A stretch of 64,000 nucleotides of DNA. It comes from Bacteroidota bacterium. Its GTDB lineage: Bacteria > Bacteroidota > Bacteroidia > UKL13-3. This document shows, piece after piece, positions 36,570-46,200 of the stretch (positions are counted from its first letter, which is position 1; each line of letters opens with the position of its first letter). A program made the translations under genes and the position numbers. Under the pieces are notes generated by a model that was not told the origin of the DNA, did not search any database, and saw nothing but the letters and a program-made list of their open reading frames with translations. The stretch is from the NCBI GenBank assembly GCA_013298895.1, contig JAAFJM010000002.1, forward strand, positions 6,427 through 70,426, read 5' to 3'.

Positions 36570-38414
36570 TTATTGTTTATTGTATAAATAAAACCATGAG
36601 TCAGAATCTATCTGCGCTTTTGATTTTTTCAAAATCTGTAGAGCGGAACCTTTATCATCTGTGCTAGTTGTCATTACTCTATAGTATTTAGAACCAATTG
36701 AGCGATATACATTAGATTTAAATCCTTTTTTACGTATGGTGTCTCTGAACTTCATTGCTAAATCAAGGTGTTTTAAACCATAACAAGCAACTACTACATT
36801 ATACTTTCCGTCCGGTTCTGTCACTGCTTCTTTATTTTCAAGTATAATAGGTTCTATTGGAGTTACTACTTTTGGCTCAACTTTGGTTACAGGAACTTCT
36901 ATCGGAACCACAACTTCAGGTTGAACAACTGGCATTGGTGTTTCAATTATAGCCTTTACAGTATCTAAAGGTGTTTGTTCAACAACTTTGGGTAAATCAA
37001 CTACTGCTGGTTTTTCAATTACAGGTATTTTTTCAATTTCTATATCTTTAGAAGTTTTTGAATATTTGTAGCTTGAAGAACTCCAATCAATTAATTCTCT
37101 ATTGTTGCTTGTGTTGAATTTGTATGAAATACCTGCGTTGATATAAAAATGGTGATTTAAATTGTCTTTGTTAGCTGCACCATCTAACCATTTTGATTGA
37201 TTGTAATTAAAATCAACCCCAGCTAAGAAATCCCATGTAGATGTTAAATGTTTTCTTGCTTGAGCACCAACTACAATATTTTGTGTTCCTTTATTGTAAA
37301 CTAATTCATTTTTTGAGTTATTAGCATAAGTATTGTCGACTGTGTAGAATAAATAACCACCACCTACAACTGCATAATAATTCCATTTATTTAAACTTTC
37401 AGGTTCAGACTTTAATCTACGTAAATTAAACAAACCTCTAACGGTCAATTGATTCATACTATTTGAAAAGTCTTTTATATAGCTAGCATCTAAAACTGTT
37501 CCTGAAGGAGGATTTACCACATCATGACTTCCAGAAAATTGGCCATAATGATATGCTCCTTGTAAAGAAAAGAAATTTGAGAAAGAATATCTAGCCGCTA
37601 AACCTCCCATAACGGTAGGACTGTATCCTATAGGTGTAAACATTATTGGTAATCCTAAGTTTAAATCAGCACTCCAACGAGCGTAATCTTTTTTGGGTGA
37701 ATCTTCTGATTCTGTATTTCTGAATTCCCAATCAATTAAATTCTTATTTGATTTTGCACCAATTTTATAAGAAATACCGAATGAATTATTTAAATAAGTA
37801 TCTAATTTTTTATCTGCATAAGCCCCATCCATCCAATATGTTTCTACATAATTGAATTCACTAGAAACAACTAGGTCAATAGATGGATTTAAGTAATACC
37901 TCAGACCCAATCCAAATTGGTAATTCCTCATAGGTTTGTCACCAAATTCTTTCATTGAAGTTTGAACACCATTTATATAGGTAGTATTTAATTTCCAAAA
38001 CTGTAAGCCAGCACCTAAGGTAACATATGGCGAAAATTTTGTTGTAGGTTTGTTCAAGCCCAACAATCCACCAAAATTGTATTGAATGTATCCGTTTATA
38101 TCGTAAAAGGAGTTACGATAACTCGCCACATCCTTTGCATAAATTCCATCAAGTGAAACCACACCTGGGGTATTACCAGTTTTTGTAAAAAAAGATTTAG
38201 AAGCAAATCTTCCTGCAACTGACCAATTCTTATTTATTGAATAGCGTAATCCTGCTTGATAAATTCCAGTTAGGTCAGAATTAATGGAGAAAAATGTTAC
38301 AGGTATACCCATAGACAAATCAGCACTCCACTTTACATTTTTTTGGGCTGATACATTTGCAACTATTGCGTAACACAGTATAGTAAGTGTTAAATTTTTT
38401 AAAATTTTAAACAT
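36570..38414 (-). CDS. Protein with two tandem OmpA-type beta-barrel domains and a C-terminal SPOR-like domain
   Basis: Internal duplication WSADL..G.P..F...RYS...W.DG.......Y.N..GISYK....LIDW; Pro/Val/Glu linker; YNVVVACY...A...RKKGF...YYRV...SW. Confidence 0.7.
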   Translation of the reverse strand: MFKILKNLTLTILCYAIVANVSAQKNVKWSADLSMGIPVTFFSINSDLTGIYQAGLRYSINKNWSVAGRFASKSFFTKTGNTPGVVSLDGIYAKDVASYRNSFYDINGYIQYNFGGLLGLNKPTTKFSPYVTLGAGLQFWKLNTTYINGVQTSMKEFGDKPMRNYQFGLGLRYYLNPSIDLVVSSEFNYVETYWMDGAYADKKLDTYLNNSFGISYKIGAKSNKNLIDWEFRNTESEDSPKKDYARWSADLNLGLPIMFTPIGYSPTVMGGLAARYSFSNFFSLQGAYHYGQFSGSHDVVNPPSGTVLDASYIKDFSNSMNQLTVRGLFNLRRLKSEPESLNKWNYYAVVGGGYLFYTVDNTYANNSKNELVYNKGTQNIVVGAQARKHLTSTWDFLAGVDFNYNQSKWLDGAANKDNLNHHFYINAGISYKFNTSNNRELIDWSSSSYKYSKTSKDIEIEKIPVIEKPAVVDLPKVVEQTPLDTVKAIIETPMPVVQPEVVVPIEVPVTKVEPKVVTPIEPIILENKEAVTEPDGKYNVVVACYGLKHLDLAMKFRDTIRKKGFKSNVYRSIGSKYYRVMTTSTDDKGSALQILKKSKAQIDSDSWFYLYNKQ

Positions 38415-38522
38415 ATTTTTGTTGAATTAATTGGTTATGTTATGTGGTGCAAGAATAAAACAAATTAATTAAAAGATTAAATAAATAAATTATTAAATGT
38501 AAAAAAATCAGTTTATTACAAC

Positions 38523-39065
38523 ATGAAATTTAGAAAACTTACATCAAACGAACTAGACAGAAATAGCATTTCAGAATACAAAAACATCAGTCGAAATAAA
38601 ATTATTGTAGTTTTAGATAACATAAGAAGTGCTCAAAATGTAGGTTCGTTTTTTAGAACCTGTGATTCATTTAATGTGGAAAAAATTTTTTTATGTGGTA
38701 TTACTTCCATTCCACCGAATAAAGAAATACTAAAAACTGCTTTAGGTTCCACAGAATCAGTAGTTTGGGAATATTTCGAAAATACTTTAAATTGTATTAA
38801 AATGCTCAAAGAGGCGGACTGCATAATTAACGCTGTGGAACAGGCTCAAAACAGTATGAATTTATTACGTTACAAACCTAATTATTTGAAAAAAAATGTT
38901 TATGTATTTGGGAATGAGGTGGAAGGAGTAAGTCAAGACATTTTAAATTTATCAGATAATTGTATTGAAATCCCCCAATTTGGAACAAAACATTCACTAA
39001 ACGTCTCTGTGGCAGCAGGTATAATAATTTGGGATGCTACAAGTAAATTAGTTACAATTGACTAG
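38523..39065 (+). CDS. TrmH/SpoU-family RNA methyltransferase
   Basis: VLDNIRSAQNVGSFFRT, FGNEVEGV and IPQFGTKHSLNVSVA. Confidence 0.92.
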   Translation: MKFRKLTSNELDRNSISEYKNISRNKIIVVLDNIRSAQNVGSFFRTCDSFNVEKIFLCGITSIPPNKEILKTALGSTESVVWEYFENTLNCIKMLKEADCIINAVEQAQNSMNLLRYKPNYLKKNVYVFGNEVEGVSQDILNLSDNCIEIPQFGTKHSLNVSVAAGIIIWDATSKLVTID

Positions 39066-39105
39066 AAAAGGTTATTATTAGTATAATATTGCAAACAAAA
39101 TAAAC

Positions 39106-39687
39106 ATGAAAAAAGAAAACCTAAAACGTGGATTTGCATACAGAATAAAAAAGTTAATAAATTTTTTTTTAAAGGGTCTACTTGTATGCCTTCCAATAAT
39201 TTTAACTTATTATGTAGTATCAAGCATTGTTATTTCCATTGATAGATTTATTCCAATTGATATTCCAGGAATTGGCTTTGCAATTGTAATTGTGGGAGTA
39301 ACTTTTATTGGCTGGTTTGGTTCTAGCATTATTTCAAAACCAATTTTCAACCTACTTGATGACTTTTTATCAAGCCTTCCTTTCATAAAAATAATTTACA
39401 CTTCTGTAAAAGACTTAATGGAAGCGTTTGTTGGTGAAAAGAAAAAATTTTCAAAACCTGTAATAGTGGAATTAGGTGATGGTATTTACAAACCAGGGTT
39501 TATTACACAAGATGATTTGTTTGAAATTCATTTACCTGGACTAGTTGGTGTCTATTTTCCTCATTCTTATGCTTTTAGTGGGAATTTGTTTTTTGTAGAA
39601 AAATCAAAAATCAAACCATATGAAGGTAACTCAACAGATTTTATGAAATTTATTGTAAGCGGAGGGGTTACAGAAATTGGCAACTAA
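39106..39687 (+). CDS. DUF502 membrane protein
   Basis: FLKGLLV.LPI.LT, PFIKIIYTSVKD, VYFPHSY..SG and KFIVSGG. Confidence 0.85.
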   Translation: MKKENLKRGFAYRIKKLINFFLKGLLVCLPIILTYYVVSSIVISIDRFIPIDIPGIGFAIVIVGVTFIGWFGSSIISKPIFNLLDDFLSSLPFIKIIYTSVKDLMEAFVGEKKKFSKPVIVELGDGIYKPGFITQDDLFEIHLPGLVGVYFPHSYAFSGNLFFVEKSKIKPYEGNSTDFMKFIVSGGVTEIGN

Positions 39688-40579
39688 TTCATTTTTTAAA
39701 TCCTTTTTCGATTTTTGGAAGCTAATTCGCTACAAAAATATTTTAATAATCTCCTCCACTCAATGTTTTAGTTACTACTTTTTATCACCAAACATAGGGT
39801 TAGAAAATTTATTTTCATCTAGATTTATACTATTACTTTGCTCTACCTTTTTATCAGCTGCGGCTGGTTATATTATTAATGATTACATGGATGTAAAACT
39901 TGATATGGTTAATAAGCCACAATCAGTAATTATAGGTAAAACAATTAGTAGACGGTGGGCCATTTTGTTACATTCAGGATTTAATGTTTTGGCTTTTGTG
40001 CTTGCATGGCAAATTTCATATAGGGTGGCAATATTAGTTTTTGTGTGTTCCTTATTATTATGGATGTATTCTCAATATTTCAAAAAAAGTTACCTATTAG
40101 GAAATCTTTTAGTCGCTATTATGACCGCTTCTACTATTTTTATTTTAATTCCATTTGATGAAAAGGCTAATATTTTAGGCTGTTTGGCCTATTCAATTTT
40201 TGCCTTTTTTAGTAACTTGATTAGAGAAATTATAAAAGATACAGAAGATATTAAAGGTGATTCGAAATTTAATGCCAATACTTTGCCAATTAAATTGGGT
40301 ATAAAACACACCAAACAAATATTGTTCTATTTACAATTGTGTTTTATTTTAATGTGCCTCTCTTTTACTATACTTTTTCCAGCAATAAGCAACGTTGGGC
40401 CTTTAGCTTCATTTCAATTTATTACCTATATTTCTTTATTGGTTATTATTCCTTCCATTTATTTATTATTCAAACTTTGGAATGCCGATACAAAAAAACA
40501 TTTTACTCATCTGAGTTTTATTGCTAAAATTATTATGCTACTTGGAATTTTTAGTATGGTATTTTGGAAAACATATTAA
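39677..40579 (+). CDS. UbiA-family prenyltransferase (DGGGP-synthase-like)
   Basis: GYIINDYMDVKLDMVNKP and REIIKDTEDIKGD Asp-rich motifs; multi-TM. Confidence 0.88.
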   Translation: MATNSFFKSFFDFWKLIRYKNILIISSTQCFSYYFLSPNIGLENLFSSRFILLLCSTFLSAAAGYIINDYMDVKLDMVNKPQSVIIGKTISRRWAILLHSGFNVLAFVLAWQISYRVAILVFVCSLLLWMYSQYFKKSYLLGNLLVAIMTASTIFILIPFDEKANILGCLAYSIFAFFSNLIREIIKDTEDIKGDSKFNANTLPIKLGIKHTKQILFYLQLCFILMCLSFTILFPAISNVGPLASFQFITYISLLVIIPSIYLLFKLWNADTKKHFTHLSFIAKIIMLLGIFSMVFWKTY

Positions 40580-40651
40580 CCAACAACTAAATTTTTGATT
40601 AAACTCATCATATGTGGCTCCATAAGGAGTTGTTTAAATTTTATTCAATCT

Positions 40652-40659
40652 TATTTTTG
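40652..40659 (+). promoter_or_regulatory. -7 promoter element for the desaturase
   Basis: TAttTTTG about 30 nt upstream of ATG 40689. Confidence 0.45.
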
Positions 40660-40688
40660 CATCCAATATATTTTTTGATTAACTAAAT

Positions 40689-41414
40689 ATGTATATATTA
40701 ATATTTTTTGTATCACATTGGTACTTATCATTATTCTCTCAAACATTTTATTTGCACCGATATTCAGCTCATAAAATGTTCACTATGAATAAATTTTGGG
40801 AGAAGTTCTTTTATTTATTTACCTACCTTACTCAAGGCGCATCTTATTTAACACCCAGACCATATGCAATAATGCACAGAATGCATCATGCCTATAGTGA
40901 CACTGAAAAGGACCCGCATTCACCACATTTTTTCAAAGAGGTAATGAGTATGATGAAATATACCTACAAAATTTTCAGTGGAATTCATAAGAATAAACTT
41001 CAGTTTGATGCCAAATTTGACCGAAATTTTCCAGAGTGGAAAACTGTGGATTGGATGGCAAATACTTGGACTAGCAGATTATTATTTGGAACAGGATACG
41101 TTATATTTTATGTTTATTTTGCCACAAGTTGGTGGATGTATTTATTACTTCCTATTCATTTTTTAATGGGACCAATGCATGGAGCCATTGTAAATTGGGC
41201 TGGACATAAATATGGATATAGAAACTTTAATGAAAACGACCATTCGAAAAATACATTAATTTTTGATTTTTTAATGCTTGGTGAGTTATTTCAAAACAAC
41301 CATCACCATGCTGGTGCTAGGCCTAATTTCGCAGCGAAATGGTGGGAAATTGACCCTGTTTACCCTATAATAAAAATATTGGATAAGGTGAAAATAATAA
41401 AACTAGTACGATAA
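40689..41414 (+). CDS. Acyl-CoA (delta-9-like) desaturase
   Basis: His boxes HRYSAH, HRMHH and QNNHH; DPHSP; GELFQNNHH. Confidence 0.9.
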   Translation: MYILIFFVSHWYLSLFSQTFYLHRYSAHKMFTMNKFWEKFFYLFTYLTQGASYLTPRPYAIMHRMHHAYSDTEKDPHSPHFFKEVMSMMKYTYKIFSGIHKNKLQFDAKFDRNFPEWKTVDWMANTWTSRLLFGTGYVIFYVYFATSWWMYLLLPIHFLMGPMHGAIVNWAGHKYGYRNFNENDHSKNTLIFDFLMLGELFQNNHHHAGARPNFAAKWWEIDPVYPIIKILDKVKIIKLVR

Positions 41415-41422
41415 CTAGTTTT

Positions 41423-41460
41423 AAAAAAGGCGGCAAATATTAATATTTGCCGCCTTTTTT
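41423..41460. terminator. Bidirectional terminator (perfect 38-bp palindrome)
   Basis: aaaaaaggcggcaaatatt|aatatttgccgcctttttt. Confidence 0.85.
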
Positions 41461-41465
41461 ATTTT

Positions 41466-42164
41466 CTATCGTTTAGTAACTGTTAATTGTTCTATTCGTT
41501 TTTCGTAATCAGTACCTTTAAATATATAGTTTACAAAAATTCCAGGTGTATGAATCACATCAGGCTCTAATTCTCCGACAGGAACAAGCTCCTCTACTTC
41601 TGCTATTGTTATTTTTCCGGCCATTGCCATCAAAGGGTTAAAGTTACGAGAAGTAGCTCTAAAAACTAAATTCCCATGAGCATCGCCTTTCCAAGCTTTA
41701 ACTATAGCGTAATCCGATTTAAAAGCATGTTCTAGCAAATAAGTTTTTCCATCAAAATCGCGTGTTTCTTTACTAATTGCCACTTCAGTGCCAACACCTG
41801 CAGGTGTAAAAATAGCAGGCATGCCATAACCTGCAGCCAAGCAGCGAGTAGCCAAAGTTCCTTGCGGAATTAACTCAACTTCTAATTCTCCACTCAGTAG
41901 TTGACGTTCAAACTCTGCATTTTCACCTACATAGCTCGAAATCATTTTTTTTACTTGACGCGTTTTTAACATCAATCCTATTCCGAAATCGTCAACACCA
42001 GCATTATTACTTATACAAGTAAGGTTTTTAACACCTTTTTTTACCAAGGCATTGATTGAGTTTTCAGGAATACCACAAAGTCCAAAACCACCAAGCATTA
42101 TGACTGCACCATCATTTATATCCTTAACTGCTTCATCAGCATTTGAAACTACTTTTTGTAACAT
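41466..42164 (-). CDS. scoA: 3-oxoacid CoA-transferase subunit A
   Basis: GGFGLCGIPE, SNNAG, SSYVGEN, PQGTLA and IHTPGIFV. Confidence 0.93.
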   Translation of the reverse strand: MLQKVVSNADEAVKDINDGAVIMLGGFGLCGIPENSINALVKKGVKNLTCISNNAGVDDFGIGLMLKTRQVKKMISSYVGENAEFERQLLSGELEVELIPQGTLATRCLAAGYGMPAIFTPAGVGTEVAISKETRDFDGKTYLLEHAFKSDYAIVKAWKGDAHGNLVFRATSRNFNPLMAMAGKITIAEVEELVPVGELEPDVIHTPGIFVNYIFKGTDYEKRIEQLTVTKR

Positions 42165-42185
42165 ATTTTTTTATTTTTATTTTAT

Positions 42186-42308
42186 GATTGAAAGATTAAA
42201 AAATTGAAAAATTACACGATTAAAAAATTACAAGGTTGGATGGTTGGAAAGTTACAAGGTTTGAAGATTACAATCCCTAATTATTTTTAAACAATCTAAC
42301 AATTTACC
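42186..42308. repeat. Octamer tandem tract with a short oppositely oriented half, between clpS and scoA
   Basis: Eleven units gattgaaa gattaaaa aattgaaa aattacac gattaaaa aattacaa ggttggat ggttggaa agttacaa ggtttgaa gattacaa (42186-42273), then caatctaa caatttac (42292-42307). Confidence 0.8.
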
Positions 42309-42310
42309 AC

Positions 42311-42580
42311 CTACTCAATAACAGCAGAAAGACCTTTATCACATAGAGCTTGGCAAATACTTTTCAACTTTTGCTCCTCGCCTTTTTTTACTAAAGCTTT
42401 TCCTTTAAAGTGAACTAGCATGGCACATTGTTCTGCTTGCAATTCATCATGGTCACAAATATCACAAAGACATTCAATTACCCAATCAAAAGTATTTACA
42501 TCATCGTTATATAGTACTACTTTCAATCCATTATCTATCTCATCTAGCACATCTACCTCTAGTTCTTTTTCTGTTTGCAT
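42311..42580 (-). CDS. clpS: ATP-dependent Clp protease adaptor ClpS
   Basis: VVLYNDDVNTFDWV and QAEQCAMLVHFKGKA. Confidence 0.92.
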   Translation of the reverse strand: MQTEKELEVDVLDEIDNGLKVVLYNDDVNTFDWVIECLCDICDHDELQAEQCAMLVHFKGKALVKKGEEQKLKSICQALCDKGLSAVIE

Positions 42581-42591
42581 ATTTTTAAATA

Positions 42592-43209
42592 TTATTTTTT
42601 AAATGCAAATTTATTTTCATTACCCGCTTTCAATCTTTTTATATTTGCTCTATGGGTATAAACTACTAAAATAGCAATTGTACAAAAAAAAGAATTTGCA
42701 ATTACATTATTATAATAAAAATAAGGAAAAAAAGAAAGCAATGCCGCTAAAATTGCTGCACTCATGCTTCCTACTGAAATGTATTTTGTAATCCAAACAA
42801 TAGTTACAAAAGCAATGATACAAATTAATGCAATTTGCCAATTTAAAGCAATTGCCATTCCTAATAAAGTTGCAATTCCTTTGCCACCCTTAAAACCTGC
42901 AAACAAGGGAAACACATGACCTATGACTGCAGTAATTCCTAATGCCATTTGAAAGTTAAAATAACTTTGACTTCCCATTTCAAAATCTGAAAAATAGGAT
43001 AAACTTGTTGCTAAAAAACCTTTTAATAGATCGATAAATAAAACTACAAAACCTGCTTTATTCCCCAAAACTCTTAAAGTATTTGTGGCACCAGCATTGC
43101 CACTTCCATGCTCTCTTACATCTATTTTATGAAAAGTTTTTCCGTACCAAACTGCAGTGGGAATTGACCCTAGAAGGTAGGCTAAAATTATAAGAATTGT
43201 TATGATCAT
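42592..43209 (-). CDS. plsY: Glycerol-3-phosphate 1-O-acyltransferase
   Basis: YLLGSIP, GSGNAGATN, GHVFP..FKGGKGIAT and HRANIKRL. Confidence 0.95.
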   Translation of the reverse strand: MIITILIILAYLLGSIPTAVWYGKTFHKIDVREHGSGNAGATNTLRVLGNKAGFVVLFIDLLKGFLATSLSYFSDFEMGSQSYFNFQMALGITAVIGHVFPLFAGFKGGKGIATLLGMAIALNWQIALICIIAFVTIVWITKYISVGSMSAAILAALLSFFPYFYYNNVIANSFFCTIAILVVYTHRANIKRLKAGNENKFAFKK

Positions 43210-43261
43210 TTATTGTTTTTTTACAAGGTCAAGTTTACAAATTTTTAATATTATAAAAAAA

Positions 43262-46200
43262 TTACTTGCCTTTTATGGCTCTCATTATTTTATTTCTGTC
43301 GCTTATACTTGCTAACCTCACTGTAAATCCATCGCCACTTAATTTATCCATTCCAGCTTTTAGAGCTTCATTAAATAATGGATCGCTACCTAAAATACTT
43401 AAATTTCCTTTTGAATATTTAAAGTAATACCAACTGCCATTATTTTGTTGCAAATAAATTACAAACTCTTCTTTGGTTCTGGTTTTAAGTATTTGAATTC
43501 TACCTTGCAATCTGCGTTCAATTGAGTACTTATCAATACTTCTTACCCCAAAATCACCTTCGCTTATAAATGAACGGGTATTGATATCGTATTTAAATTT
43601 CAAGTCTGTTATAAAAAATGTTTTGAATAAATCGTTTATTAATTTTCCTTCCAACTCATCGCTGGCTTCATCGCTCATTTTTTTCAAAGTTTTTTCATCT
43701 ACCATTTCAGGTATGGCTATATTCAAAATTTCTTTTTTAAAATAATCGTTTGAATTAGAAGACGATTGGTCGGTAATAGAGTCAACCATTAATTTTAAGG
43801 CATTGGCAGGCATTTCAAAATCAACTACTGCTGCAATATTCATGTTAAAAGTAGTATCTCTTAAGCTAAATGAACCGTTTCCGGCAGTAATTAACTTAAA
43901 TTTAGGAATATCGAGATTGAAATTGAACTTACCTTCGCCATAAATGGCTTTTTTACTCTCGCTTACTGCCATAAAATTACCCAATTTAGCTGGCTGTCCA
44001 AACACTTTGGCATAAGGACCAATTCTGAATTCATCAAACTTATCGTTATAGGTAAAGGTACCTTCTACTTTTAAAAGTTCAATATCGTTATTTGAACGTT
44101 TACGCGAGAACATGGCTGGTGTAACGTGAGTAGAATCAGCAGTAAGGATAAAACCACAATTTAAAACTGCCCTATTTAAATTAGTTAAAGGTGGCAATAA
44201 ATCAATATATACTGTATCAGGATTAATTACAGCAGCCGATTTAAACCAATCAGTTTTTGGTAAATAAAGTTCGTGTAATGGTTTAAAGAAACCGTTGTAT
44301 TCTAAATTTTTATTGAATGAATGTAAGATAGCATTTCCTCTGAAGGCTAGTTTGGTTCCAACATTAAAATTTATAGAATCAGGTATATTTGATTTACCCC
44401 CTAAATACTTTTTATCTTCAGCGTATATTTCGCTTAAATAAAAACGTTGTGGTTTTTTATTTTTATCTAAGTAAATATAATTTCCTTGACCTCTAAAATC
44501 GGTTCTGCCGTTAATTTTAATAGTTACTTGCTCTATTTTATGAAACTTAGTAAGAGTGTCTGCATTAATTTTAGCATTTATCAACTCACTCATTTCTGCA
44601 TCTTTACCAATGTATGCTTTTCCACTGTCGGGCAATATTTTACTATCAACTACTTGAATAAATGGAATCTTACTTGCTTTCATTAAATAATCGCCTAATC
44701 CCATTTTCATGCTTGCACATTTAAATGTTAAATTATCTTGGCTTGGTCGTTTTGATATTAAATAGCTTGCATTGGCGGCATTTTGCTCAAAAGTTTTTCC
44801 GGTAAATTCCATGGTTCGTGGTTCCATTTCCCATCTCATTTTTTCAAAACTTCCTTCATATAAATTATAAGCAAATTGGTTATTAATTTCATTTGGATTT
44901 AAATAGGTAAACTCACCAAATCGTTTTTCCAAATTCACATATGCATTAACTTTTTGAGTTACAAAAGCTATTTTAGTTGTGTCACCCGGCCAGCGTTGGC
45001 GGAAAATAGCATTTTCGCTCAATATTTCTACAGGACGTAATTCATACAAATCGGCTATTAATTCTCCATCCTCTATTGTCATACTTCCTCTCGCTTTCAT
45101 AGCTTGAGGTGTTAAAATTAAAGTCCCTCTTAATTCTGCTTTTTCATATGCTATTTTTATAGGTTCCCCTTTATTAAAAATGAACATCGTATCTTGATAA
45201 GGAATCCAATGATTGTATACATTCTTAGAATTTATTATTGTAGGAAATAATGCTGTTCTATCATTTTTAAAATATTCACAATCTGCATTCATGCTATCCA
45301 ACAATAAATTAAATTTATTACTATGCGATTTGGAAGCTAAATAATATAAATCACCATCACCTATTAAACCTTCATTACTTAACCTCAAAGCAAACTTTGC
45401 AGAGCCTTTACCTTTGTATAACATATACGAATTATTCGTATCGTTAGGAATATAAAACCCTAAAGATTTATCAGGCTGTAAATATATTTCTTGCCTCATA
45501 TCTGGCAATATTCCATCACTTTCAAGTGTACCAGCCAATGCTAATGTATATAAATTCAAATCATTTAAACTATCTAGTTTAAATGGATCAACGGCAAAGA
45601 AAAATCGGTCTTTTACATAATTTCCATTTTGCGTAGTTTGGTAATCGTAAAATACTTTTGAGCCTACTTCACTTGTGAATTTAGGATAACCGGGGTAGTT
45701 TTTTCTACTGCTTTTATTATAAGGATAATCTATTTCTAAGGTTCCATAAATATTTTGAATTACACTTTTTACATTGGCTAGATAACCCAATGTATCGTCA
45801 AGATATAAAAATTTAAGTGAATCAACATTATTAAGCCTTACATCAAATTTGGTATAATCAAATGAAAAATTACTTCCATAAAAATCGGCTTTTCCAGCCC
45901 TAAGCTTACCATTAAATTCAATTCCTCTGTTCTTTTTAATAGTTAATATTTGTTCTCGTGGTGTTACCTCTACATTTTGCGAATCACTAAATTTAAACCT
46001 ACCAACACCTTGTACAATTAAGTCATTATTAATTAAACTAATGGCTGCATTAGGAATTGCACTAATAACAGATTTAAAACTGATGGCATCATAATCCGTT
46101 CGTCCTATATGGGCATTTACATAATCTTTAAGTTTTGGTTTTATATTTATCGTTTTGGTTTGTTCGTTATAATTTAAAAAACCCCTATCATTCAAATCAA

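Noticed and set aside
39677..40579. Archaeal-type ether lipid pathway suggested by the DGGGP-synthase-like UbiA gene
   Set aside because: This subfamily is common in Bacteroidota, no partner genes are adjacent, and substrate cannot be inferred from motifs.
41423..41460. Perfect 38-bp palindrome as a MITE or recombination site
   Set aside because: It is fully explained as a bidirectional terminator between convergent genes, and no second copy was seen.
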